From a bacterium (GTDB taxonomy: Bacteria; Bacteroidota; Ignavibacteria; Kapaibacteriales; UBA7675): DNA of 64,000 bases. The DNA is taken from positions 8,121-72,120 of the forward strand of contig JAUIKM010000017.1 in assembly GCA_030430495.1 (NCBI GenBank), in the 5' to 3' direction. This document shows positions 48,961 through 57,792 of the stretch, piece after piece; within the stretch, counting starts at the first letter, position 1, and the number at the start of each line of letters is the position of its first letter. The position numbers were made by a program, and so were the translations under genes. The notes under the pieces are model-generated. The model saw only the letters and a program-made list of their open reading frames with translations. It did no database searches and was not told the DNA's origin.

Positions 48961-50576
48961 ACAACAAAGCACATATCCTGCTTTTTCTGAGCGCCCTGGC
49001 CTGTTGTACCGGCCTGATGCACACACAATGTCTGGCCGCGGGCGACAGCACGCAGGCCAAGCCGGGTGAAAAACCGGCGGCTTCGCCACGCCCGGTGGAG
49101 TCCTATGACTCCGTCAGAGAGTTGCAGGCCGACCTGGAGAATCTGCTGTCGGACGAACGCTTCAGCAGCGCGTCGATCGGAGCGGGCGTATATTCGCCCA
49201 CGCGCGGCGCATGGCTGTTTGAGCACCGCCGCAACAAAGCGATGCTGCCCGCCTCCTGCGTCAAACTCTTTACCACCGCGGCCGCGCTGGAGCAGCTCGG
49301 TCCGGACTTTGTCTACAGCACCTCGCTCTACCTGGACGGCGTAATCAAAAGCAACGGCGAATTTGTCGGTAACGTCATCATTCGCGGTGCGGGCGACCCG
49401 ACCATGAGCGCCGCTTTCGGCGACGTGCCCGAGGCCATTCTGGACGAGTGGGTCGACCAGTTTGAGCTGCACGGCATCTCGTCCATCCGCGGCAACCTCG
49501 TCGGCGACGACTCCTATTTTGACCACATGGCGCTCGGGCCGGGCTGGGCCTGGGACGATGCCGGATACGCCTATTCGGCGGAAGTGTCGGCGCTCTCGTT
49601 TTTCGACAACAAGGTGATTGTCGTCGTCGAACCCGGCGACTCGGTCGACGCGCCGGTGCACGTGGAAATGCGACCGCGCAACGAATATGTGGATCTGCGC
49701 GTGCACGCCCTGACCGGAGCGGCGGATTCAAGTTCTTCGATCCAGGTACAGCGCGACGCCAACGCAAATGTTGTCCACATTCACGGACGCCTGCCCTACG
49801 ACTCGGTGGCACATCGCAGTTTTGAAACGCACGAAATCGCCGTCATCAATCCAACGCGCTACACACTGCACCTGTTTGTGCGGGCTCTGGAGGAGCGCGG
49901 TATCCGCTTCCGCGGCCGCAGTTTCGACTCCGAATCCTGGGGCGACTTCATCGACTACACGGATATCCGCCCGGTTTACCAGCACAGTTCACCGGCGCTC
50001 GGCAGTATCGTGGGCGTGATCAACCGCCACAGCCACAATCTGGCCGCCGAGATGCTGTTCAAGACGCTGGCCAAGGAAAGCACGGGCGTGGGAAGTTTTG
50101 AAGCCGGTGCGGAAGTTCTGCGCAGCTTCGGCGCGCGCCATGAGGTAGCGCCCGAAAGTGTGTTTATCGTCGACGGCTCGGGTCTCTCGCGGCTCAACTC
50201 CGTCGCGCCACAGCACATCATTTCCGTTCTGTCCGACATGTACAACTCGCCGCATCGCGACGTTTTTGTGGCTTCGCTGGCGACGCCGGGGACGGACGGC
50301 ACAATGGAAAACCGGATGAAAGGCAGCAGTGCGGAGACACGCGTGTTTGCCAAGACCGGCACGATGAACAATACGAGCGCTCTGGCGGGTTACGTCTACA
50401 GCGGCGACGGCGAGGCGCTGGCCTTTGCGGTCATCGTCAATCACGCCACCGCACCCACCTCGTTGGCGCGCAACCTGCAGGATCTGTTCGCGATGCGTCT
50501 GGCGGCCTTCCGCCGTTCGCCGAGCGCCGAGCAATCCGCCCCCGATGGGCCGGTGCAGCACAAAAGCATGAATTGA
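48957..50576 (+). CDS. dacB: D-alanyl-D-alanine carboxypeptidase/endopeptidase (PBP4, S13)
   Basis: PASCVKLFT (SxxK), GAGDPT, SHN (SxN), DGSGLSR and AKTGT; ATGA overlap with the upstream stop. Confidence 0.93.
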   Translation: MNNKAHILLFLSALACCTGLMHTQCLAAGDSTQAKPGEKPAASPRPVESYDSVRELQADLENLLSDERFSSASIGAGVYSPTRGAWLFEHRRNKAMLPASCVKLFTTAAALEQLGPDFVYSTSLYLDGVIKSNGEFVGNVIIRGAGDPTMSAAFGDVPEAILDEWVDQFELHGISSIRGNLVGDDSYFDHMALGPGWAWDDAGYAYSAEVSALSFFDNKVIVVVEPGDSVDAPVHVEMRPRNEYVDLRVHALTGAADSSSSIQVQRDANANVVHIHGRLPYDSVAHRSFETHEIAVINPTRYTLHLFVRALEERGIRFRGRSFDSESWGDFIDYTDIRPVYQHSSPALGSIVGVINRHSHNLAAEMLFKTLAKESTGVGSFEAGAEVLRSFGARHEVAPESVFIVDGSGLSRLNSVAPQHIISVLSDMYNSPHRDVFVASLATPGTDGTMENRMKGSSAETRVFAKTGTMNNTSALAGYVYSGDGEALAFAVIVNHATAPTSLARNLQDLFAMRLAAFRRSPSAEQSAPDGPVQHKSMN

Positions 50577-50816
50577 AGGGCCGGCGACGGATAATTGCCC
50601 TGCCGCGGCGGCCCGGTCTTTGACGCCTTTGTTGTAAATTGGCGACGGGAATTTCTCCGCGGCGCATACACTTGCGCCGTTTTTGTTGAAAATCAGCGGC
50701 GACGGCAATTCAACCGATCCGCCCTGCAACGTGTAAACAGGTATCGACATCGTTCGATCGGCGACCGTCTCCCGGCCCGCCTCCTGTTTGTTTCCAACAG
50801 CCTTGCGATTTTTCAT

Positions 50817-52034
50817 ATGAATACTTCTTCCCCAGCGCCCGAATCAACTCCCGAACAACCGCGCAAAATCAGCGACGCCATGTACTACATCCTGTTGATG
50901 CGGCGTCACTGGCTGTTCCTGTTACTGGGAACGCTGATTCCCACGGCGGCCATGGGTTACTACATGTACAACTACCAGCCGAACTGGTATGCCGCGACGG
51001 TGACCTTTGTACCGCCCCAGATGAAAAGCACGGGACTGGGCGGCATGCTGGGCGGCATCACTTCCGCGCTGCAGGACTTTGGCCTGAGCAAGGTCGGCGG
51101 AGGCGGCGGCGCCGGCTACACACATGGAGTTATCCTGCGCAGCCGCATGCTCAAGGATTCGCTGATTGAGTACTACAACCTGGATTCGGCCTACGAACTG
51201 CAGGACGCCACACCCGGCGACGTGCGCAAGGCGCTCGACAACAACTTCGACGTGACATTTGAAAAACTCGGCAACTACGCTCTGACCATCTACGACAAGG
51301 ATCCGGAGACGGCGGCGCGCATGGCCAACCACGCCGTCAAGATCGGGGACAACCTTGCGTCGGAGTTATTCCGCACCGAGGCGAGCGTGCAGCGCGGGCA
51401 GATGGAAAAACAGATGCGCCAGAACCAGCTTAACCTCCAGATTGCCATGGACTCCATCAGGTGGTACGCCAACAAATACCAGTTGATTGAACCGGAGGTA
51501 CAGGCAGCGGCCGCCATCGAAGGACTGGCCCAACTGCGCACGGAGCAATTCAGGCAGCAGACCGCGCTTGAACTCATGCGCCAGTACCTGGGCGATAACG
51601 ATCCCGCCGTGCGCACGCAGGAAGTGCTTGTTGAAAACCTTCGAAACCAGGTCGCCAATGCACAGTCCGAGCCCGGTTTTGTTGGCAACTTCAGCCTGGA
51701 CAAGGGTGCGGACGTGATGCTGCGGTACCTGACGCACCGCGCCGACGCCGAAGCGTACGGCCGGATGAAAGCCATTATGATTCCGATGTACGAGCAGACT
51801 ATTCTGGACGAGCAGCGCAATATGCCCTCAATGTACATCCTGGACGAAGCCCTGCCGCCCGATCGCCCCGCCCGTCCGATGCGCAGTTTGTTTGTCGCCG
51901 GCACGGCTCTGATGATGCTGACCATCCTGGGAATTTTTGTGGCCATTCTGGAAAAATATCGCGCGCTTAAACGCGATTATCCCGACTACTTCGGCGACAA
52001 AAAGAAGAGCCTGCCCCGGAGCACGGACTCATAA
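50817..52034 (+). CDS. Wzz/GumC-like polysaccharide co-polymerase (second paralog)
   Basis: Two TMs, WYAATVTFVPP, ILRSR, coiled coil, ILDEALPPDRPARP. Confidence 0.82.
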   Translation: MNTSSPAPESTPEQPRKISDAMYYILLMRRHWLFLLLGTLIPTAAMGYYMYNYQPNWYAATVTFVPPQMKSTGLGGMLGGITSALQDFGLSKVGGGGGAGYTHGVILRSRMLKDSLIEYYNLDSAYELQDATPGDVRKALDNNFDVTFEKLGNYALTIYDKDPETAARMANHAVKIGDNLASELFRTEASVQRGQMEKQMRQNQLNLQIAMDSIRWYANKYQLIEPEVQAAAAIEGLAQLRTEQFRQQTALELMRQYLGDNDPAVRTQEVLVENLRNQVANAQSEPGFVGNFSLDKGADVMLRYLTHRADAEAYGRMKAIMIPMYEQTILDEQRNMPSMYILDEALPPDRPARPMRSLFVAGTALMMLTILGIFVAILEKYRALKRDYPDYFGDKKKSLPRSTDS

Positions 52035-52117
52035 GATCTGTTTAAGTCGGCTTTCAACATCTGTCTGCGGCGGGGAGCCGTCCCGATGGCCGCACAGCAT
52101 AGCACTACCAATCCACT

Positions 52118-52179
52118 CTGAGCGCTTCGCCTCCGCTTCCTCAAGCGGGCGGCTTGCTTTTTGCTTTTGTTTGTCGGCG
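52118..52179. repeat. Full copy of dispersed repeat (T-rich orientation)
   Basis: Reverse complement of 8656-8718 at about 56/63. Confidence 0.85.
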
Positions 52180-52357
52180 CGTATCCGGCGCGAAGTAGTT
52201 CAGTCGGCGGAAGACGTCAAGTCGACCGGACTCGAACATCAAGGATCGGAACAAGAGCTGCAAACGCACAGCGCGGCGACGCGGTTTCTGGCTCTGCGTT
52301 CCACGGCGGTTTGTGGGCCTGGCCTTCAACAACTCATCGGCAGGTGTTAAACTCTCC

Positions 52358-52385
52358 GGCTTTTGTCTGCGCGACGAACAAGAGA
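52358..52385. repeat. Partial copy of dispersed repeat (A-rich orientation)
   Basis: 24/28 match to 3413-3440; inverted relative to 52118-52179. Confidence 0.6.
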
Positions 52386-52671
52386 GTCAGGAACCGGAGA
52401 CCGCAGCGCAAGCAAGGGCTCTGGGGGCATTTTCAAGCGGCATCTTTTGCTCCTCCTGATGGTCAGCAAAACCGGAATCAATCTATGAAAACAGGCGGCG
52501 GCTCAATCGCTCGTCGGCCTTGATTTGTTGTACCTGCGCAACATGCGGCCAAACAGCAATCATATCAAGCGGAAAAACGCGAACGGCATGTTTTCACCGA
52601 CAAGCGTGGCGTATTTTCGAGTTAAACGGGACGCAACAGCAGGCGAACATCAGAACCATTTAAACCACAAA

Positions 52672-52701
52672 CGCGACGCCTCCCCGTTCGGAAGCGTCGC
52701 G
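52672..52701 (-). terminator. Probable terminator for hslO
   Basis: CGCGACGC...GCGTCGCG stem; on the minus strand followed by TTTGTGGTTT. Confidence 0.5.
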
Positions 52702-52727
52702 CATTGGTTAAATGTTAACAGCCGGTA

Positions 52728-53672
52728 TTACGACGCGCCGCCCGACGTGCCGGCGCTCTGGGCGTCGATCTCGTCGATCAGGCCGCTGAAGTCGTCGTCG
52801 CTCAGTTCGTAGCGCTCGCCGCAGTAGTTGCAGACCAGCTCGCGCTGTTTTTTGCGCCACATGTCTTCAATTTCCGCGCGGCCCAAAGTCATAAGACCGT
52901 TCTTGAATCGTTCGATCGAACAGCGACAGTAAAAATCGATCGGCGTATTGGCCACGATTTTCACGTTTTCGCCGGCGATCATCTGAATCACCTCGTCGGG
53001 ACGGTAGTCCGTCATCCAGGACGAATTGCGGCGGCGCAGCTCGGTGATGTTCGCCACGATCGTATCGATCTGCTCGGGGTCCGCGTCCGGCATGGCCTGC
53101 ACCAGAATGCCGCCGGCCTGTCTGATATTGCCCTCGTCGTCGATGCGCTCATCCAGCACGACGCTCGAACGGATCTGCTCCGACTGCAAGAGGTACTGTT
53201 CCAGATCGGCGCTGATGTCGCCTTTGGCCAGATCCGTGATACCGGTAACCGGCTCGCCGCGGTCGTAGAGAATTTTGCTGACCTGCATAAGGCCGAGGCC
53301 CAGACCGTCGCCCAACTGAGCGTTTTCGGCTTTCATGTCGATGGTCGCGGCGGAATTGCCCACAAAACCGCGGATTTCACCGACCTGCATCGCCTCGGCA
53401 TAGACCAGGCCCAGGGGGCCGCTGCCTTTGATTTCTATGATGATGCGCTCTTCGCCTTTGAGAAAAGACGCGAGCAGCGCCGCACCGGACATGGCCCGAC
53501 CGAGAATCACGGCCGCCAGGGGGGCAAGGCCGTGGCGCTGCTGGGCGTGCGACGCCAGACTGCTGGAACGCACGACGCCGATGCGAAAATGTCCGTCTTC
53601 GGTCAGCCCGCGCGCCACGCGGTCGCGGTGCTGGTACATCTTTTTCAGTTTTCTGAGTTTGGGCTCCGCCAT
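52728..53672 (-). CDS. hslO: Hsp33 redox-regulated chaperone
   Basis: LGRAM, GSGPLG, YLLQSEQ, AGGILVQAMP, and zinc motif YCRCS...VCNYC; start taken at 53672. Confidence 0.93.
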   Translation of the reverse strand: MAEPKLRKLKKMYQHRDRVARGLTEDGHFRIGVVRSSSLASHAQQRHGLAPLAAVILGRAMSGAALLASFLKGEERIIIEIKGSGPLGLVYAEAMQVGEIRGFVGNSAATIDMKAENAQLGDGLGLGLMQVSKILYDRGEPVTGITDLAKGDISADLEQYLLQSEQIRSSVVLDERIDDEGNIRQAGGILVQAMPDADPEQIDTIVANITELRRRNSSWMTDYRPDEVIQMIAGENVKIVANTPIDFYCRCSIERFKNGLMTLGRAEIEDMWRKKQRELVCNYCGERYELSDDDFSGLIDEIDAQSAGTSGGAS

Positions 53673-54010
53673 TACTTGATCCCGATCCTTCGATCCCGCA
53701 GGGCCGTCAACGCGGCCGCCGCGCAAAAAAATCCAAAAGCCGTGAAACGATTATTGACCGGAGGCATTGTTTTGCGCGGACAGGGCTGAACCTCGGGCAT
53801 GCGGTGCGCCGATTTTTGGCCTTTCAGATGAGCCGGAAAGACCGTAATTTGCGGATCTTTTGACATGTGTAACCAGAAACGCCGCTCATACGTCTTCCAC
53901 ACCGGACCGCGGTCCAAATGCAGTCGTGCCGAGGTCCGCGGGAGCACATCCAAACTCTCTTTCCACGCGTGAATCCGGCCGCCGGACTCACTCTGCGCAA
54001 ATCGCTCACT

Positions 54011-57000
54011 ATGAAAGATTCTCCCCTGCCGTATCTACGGCGCAGTTTTTTGGCGTGTATTCTCTGTCTGACCTTCGGCGGCCTGCTGCCGCTGAATGCC
54101 CAGCTGATCACACAGCTGGAGGTGCAGTCACTGCCGGATATCACCATCGACGCCACGAACTTTCCACACGTGAGCGCGCGGATTCGCGCCAACTACAACG
54201 GCAGCGCATACGCGCTGTCTACCAATGAAATTCTGATTCAGGAAGATAATCGGACCACGCGGCCGCAAAGCGTCAGCGCGCCCAACGGCGCGGGATTCCA
54301 GACCATTGAATGGCTCTCGACCCTGCGCGGCGTGCAGCGCGATCCTTCGTCGACGAACGAAAATCCGGTCGGCTTCAATCCCGCCACGATCTATGTGATC
54401 GTCGACGGTCAGGTGTCGCGCGAGCAGGCGCTGCAACGCCGCTACGACCCGCCGCTGGTGCGTTTTCTGGCGCTGGAACCCGAACTGACGGACGTATTGC
54501 CCGATGTACACTTCGGGACGGTAGCGCCGGGACAGGATTCGGTTGTGTCCGTGTACGTTCAGTTGCAGTCCGCCGAGCGCGTCAACGATCGCGAACTGCC
54601 GATTACCGTGGACTCCGTCTCGATTTCCGGCGACCAGTTCAGCTGGAAATGGATGGGCGCGGCGATCGACCGCAACGATCAGTTTCCGATCACTATCGTT
54701 TCGCCCTTCCGCTATCGCATCGAAGTGACTTTCAGCCCGACGAGCAGCAACTACGTCTACGACACGCTGACGGTCTACTACGACGGCGGCGCGACGCGCA
54801 GCGCCTACCTGATCGGCAACCTGTTTGAGGTGCCGGACGTCTCGCCGCTGCAGATGATTTCACCGGAAGGCGGAGCAATTTTTGCGCCCTGCGAAGACAT
54901 CGAAATCGAGTGGGAAGGCGCTACGCCCAACCTGCCCGTCACGGTGGAGTTTTCGCCGGACGCCGGACGCAACTGGCAGAAAATCGGCGAGACCGTGGAA
55001 AGTTCGCTTTCGTGGCGCATGCCGGCGGAGGGCAGCGAGCAGGTGCGTTTCCGCGTGACGCAGCCGCTTCAGGCTTCCGAGACAAAAACGCTGCAGGAAC
55101 AGGGAGAGCCGATCGGCAACATCGGCTTCAGCAATGACAGCAAAGCGCTGCTTTCGGCCGACCAGTCCGGAGTGATCCGCACCTGGGACGTGGCGAGCGC
55201 CGCAGCGGGCTTTGTCTACGCGCTGCCCGGCGCGCGGCCGAACACCCAGCCCTACGAAGCGCTGGCGGTGAACTACATCTCCGACACGCAGTTTGCGGCG
55301 GTTTTCAAGAATATTATCGCCCTGCGCGACTCGATGTACATTTTTACCGTGGGCCAGGCCGATCCCGTCGCGCAGTTTGGTCTGCCGTCGACATTCCCGG
55401 TCAGTTCGGTCGACATCGACGTTCAGGGCCGTTTTGTGGCTTTTGGTTCGGACCGTTCCGCCGAGATGGTGGTGGTGAACCTGCCGGATCTCAGCCAGCG
55501 GATTGTGCGCTTCGACGCGCCGGTTACGGGCATAACACTCAGTGGCAAACAGGAAAAGGCTGTTGTATCGGGATTGGATGGTCAGCTGCATCTGTTTGAC
55601 CTGCCTGGATTTACGCGGACGGGCACGATAGACCTGGCGCATTTCCAGACGATCAATCAGCTTGAACTTTCGGCAGACGGGCGTTTTATCGCGGTTGCCA
55701 CGAAGGCTCCGCGCGTGACACAACAGGGCGGCGGCAGAGCGGCGGTGCACATTATTGACGTGGCCTCGGGGCAGACGATCCGTTCGTTCCGGCGCAGCAG
55801 CACGGATGCCGTCGGATTTACCTTTTCGTCCACAGCGCGCTTCCTGGCGATCGGTTTTGAGGGCGCGCCGCAAACGCGCATCTACAACCTGCCGAGCGAC
55901 CGCGACGAGGGCAGCATCATCAGCCACCCCGGCGCTTTGACGGATATCGAGTTTGCGTCGGACGGATTTTCGATCGCCTCGTCGGCGCTGACCACGATCC
56001 AGAACCTCAAACTGCGCACGTTTGCCTTCCCGGAACGCGACTCCAACGATACGTTTATCCGCATTGTGCCGCCGACCGTACGCCTGGCGACCCCGGTTCT
56101 GCCGGATGCGCTGATAGGTGCAAGCGAACCGGTGACGATCAGCACGGCCATCTGCAACGACGGCGAGACGGCGCTGGATCTGGACAATCTTTTCCTGGCC
56201 ACCGGCCTGATGTTCCGACTGGTGAACGATTTTGTGCGCGACACGCTGGAACCCGGCGAGTGCCGCGACGTTGAGTTGATCTTTAATCCCAGCGATACGG
56301 GTTCCATCCGCGACCTGCTGGTCTTCCAGTCCTGCGAGCGCGAGTTCGTGATTCCGCTGGAGGCGCGTTCGCAAAACCGCAACATCGCTCTGCTGGCGGC
56401 GGACTACGACTTCGGCGAGCTGTGCGTGGGCGAAGAGCGCACGGTGGAAATCGATCTGATCCGCAATGACGACAACCGTCCGCTGTTGGTCAACTCGATT
56501 TTTATCGAGGACATCGCGACTTCGCCCTTTGTCTTTGCCGAGGTGATCAGCGACACGCTGTTGCAGCCGGGCGAGACGCTGCGCGCCCGCATTCGTTTTT
56601 CGCCGCTCGATCTTGGCTTTGAAGATCGGATCGTGACGGTGGAGCACTCGGACCAGCGCCAGGTCTTTGCCGAGTTTGACTTCCGCGGCGTCGGCGTGGG
56701 CGCGGAACTCGACTACTCGCACGAAACTTTGACGTTTATTCCGGAAATACGGACGCGCACGGTGCGCATCACGAACAATTCGGCCAACCCGGTGCAGATC
56801 AACGACGTGCAGTCGGCCGATCCCGGCGTGTACAGAGTGACGTCGTCCTTCCCGGCGACTATCGGTCCGGGCGAAAGCGCGGAAGTCAAGGTGGAGTATC
56901 TGGGACCGGATGCGCCTATCGCCAACAGCGAGCTGCGCATCAGCTCGGAACCCTGCTCGGGCACGCGTTCCGTCGTGCTCGGCGCATACCGCGCCACGAG

Positions 57001-57685
57001 CATGGTCGAAATTCCGACGGTAGAGGCGGATCCGACCGAACCCACGACCATCCCGATCACATTCAACAACAGCGAAAATGTGGCCTACGACGGCCCGCGC
57101 AGCTTCGAAGCACAGATCCGCCTCAACCAGCGTCTCTTCCTGCCGCAATCGGTGGAAAGTGAATTCGGCGAAGCTGAAATCTGGCGCAACGAGGTCGAGG
57201 GCGACTGGCGCATCATCGGCATCCGCGTGACGGGCAATTTTGGCGCGGAAGGCGTAGTGGTCAACATCCACGGCCTGCCGGGTCTGGCGGAAACGCTGAC
57301 GACGCCGATTGAATTTGTCGAGGAATCGCTCTACTGGAGCAGCGCGGTAACGACGCTTGGCAGCGCCGGCGAGCTGATTATCACGCCCGAAGATCCTTCG
57401 CGCAGGCTGATCAAACGCACGGCTCTGATGACGGTCACGGGCGTATACCCGAATCCCGCTTCCGGCGCTACGACGGTGGAAGTCAAGAGCAGCGAAGCCG
57501 CAGCCGTACAGTTGGTCATTGTCGACATGCTCGGCAACCGCGTGGCCGAACTGCCGCCGATCGACGTGCCCGAGGGCAGCTCCCGTCACCTCATCGACGT
57601 CAATGCCGTTCCCGTGGGCGCTTATCGCATTGTCTTGCAGGCAGCCTCCGACATCGCGTCTTCACCGCTACTCATTTCGCGCTGA
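54011..57685 (+). CDS. T9SS-secreted protein with WD40 propeller and several Ig-like (choice-of-anchor D/ASH-type) domains
   Basis: Signal peptide; WD-like repeats (FSNDSKALLSA..IRTWDV; FASDGFSIASS); (D/H)FG..(N)..TL.PGE Ig units; VYPNPA...IVDMLGNRV...GAYRI CTD. Confidence 0.82.
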   Translation: MKDSPLPYLRRSFLACILCLTFGGLLPLNAQLITQLEVQSLPDITIDATNFPHVSARIRANYNGSAYALSTNEILIQEDNRTTRPQSVSAPNGAGFQTIEWLSTLRGVQRDPSSTNENPVGFNPATIYVIVDGQVSREQALQRRYDPPLVRFLALEPELTDVLPDVHFGTVAPGQDSVVSVYVQLQSAERVNDRELPITVDSVSISGDQFSWKWMGAAIDRNDQFPITIVSPFRYRIEVTFSPTSSNYVYDTLTVYYDGGATRSAYLIGNLFEVPDVSPLQMISPEGGAIFAPCEDIEIEWEGATPNLPVTVEFSPDAGRNWQKIGETVESSLSWRMPAEGSEQVRFRVTQPLQASETKTLQEQGEPIGNIGFSNDSKALLSADQSGVIRTWDVASAAAGFVYALPGARPNTQPYEALAVNYISDTQFAAVFKNIIALRDSMYIFTVGQADPVAQFGLPSTFPVSSVDIDVQGRFVAFGSDRSAEMVVVNLPDLSQRIVRFDAPVTGITLSGKQEKAVVSGLDGQLHLFDLPGFTRTGTIDLAHFQTINQLELSADGRFIAVATKAPRVTQQGGGRAAVHIIDVASGQTIRSFRRSSTDAVGFTFSSTARFLAIGFEGAPQTRIYNLPSDRDEGSIISHPGALTDIEFASDGFSIASSALTTIQNLKLRTFAFPERDSNDTFIRIVPPTVRLATPVLPDALIGASEPVTISTAICNDGETALDLDNLFLATGLMFRLVNDFVRDTLEPGECRDVELIFNPSDTGSIRDLLVFQSCEREFVIPLEARSQNRNIALLAADYDFGELCVGEERTVEIDLIRNDDNRPLLVNSIFIEDIATSPFVFAEVISDTLLQPGETLRARIRFSPLDLGFEDRIVTVEHSDQRQVFAEFDFRGVGVGAELDYSHETLTFIPEIRTRTVRITNNSANPVQINDVQSADPGVYRVTSSFPATIGPGESAEVKVEYLGPDAPIANSELRISSEPCSGTRSVVLGAYRATSMVEIPTVEADPTEPTTIPITFNNSENVAYDGPRSFEAQIRLNQRLFLPQSVESEFGEAEIWRNEVEGDWRIIGIRVTGNFGAEGVVVNIHGLPGLAETLTTPIEFVEESLYWSSAVTTLGSAGELIITPEDPSRRLIKRTALMTVTGVYPNPASGATTVEVKSSEAAAVQLVIVDMLGNRVAELPPIDVPEGSSRHLIDVNAVPVGAYRIVLQAASDIASSPLLISR

Positions 57686-57792
57686 CGGGTCGATAAAATT
57701 CGGTTTGTTCCGATCGGCAGCGCCTGCAAAGGGCGGTCCGGGCAAAGAACAATGAACGCGGCGGCGTTTCCGTCGCGTTTCTCTTTTGAAGC

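Noticed and set aside
8656..52179. Dispersed repeats as a CRISPR array or integron attC sites
   Set aside because: Copies are kilobases apart with no regular spacers, no cas or intI gene is present, and they lack the RYYYAAC...GTTRRRY attC boundaries.
52190..52240. tRNA-like words (GTAGTTCAGTCGG on +, GTTCGAGTCC on -) and TGTCACGCAG in the repeat resembling a tRNA-Asp anticodon arm
   Set aside because: The pieces are on different strands or in the wrong order, no cloverleaf forms, and matches this short are expected by chance.
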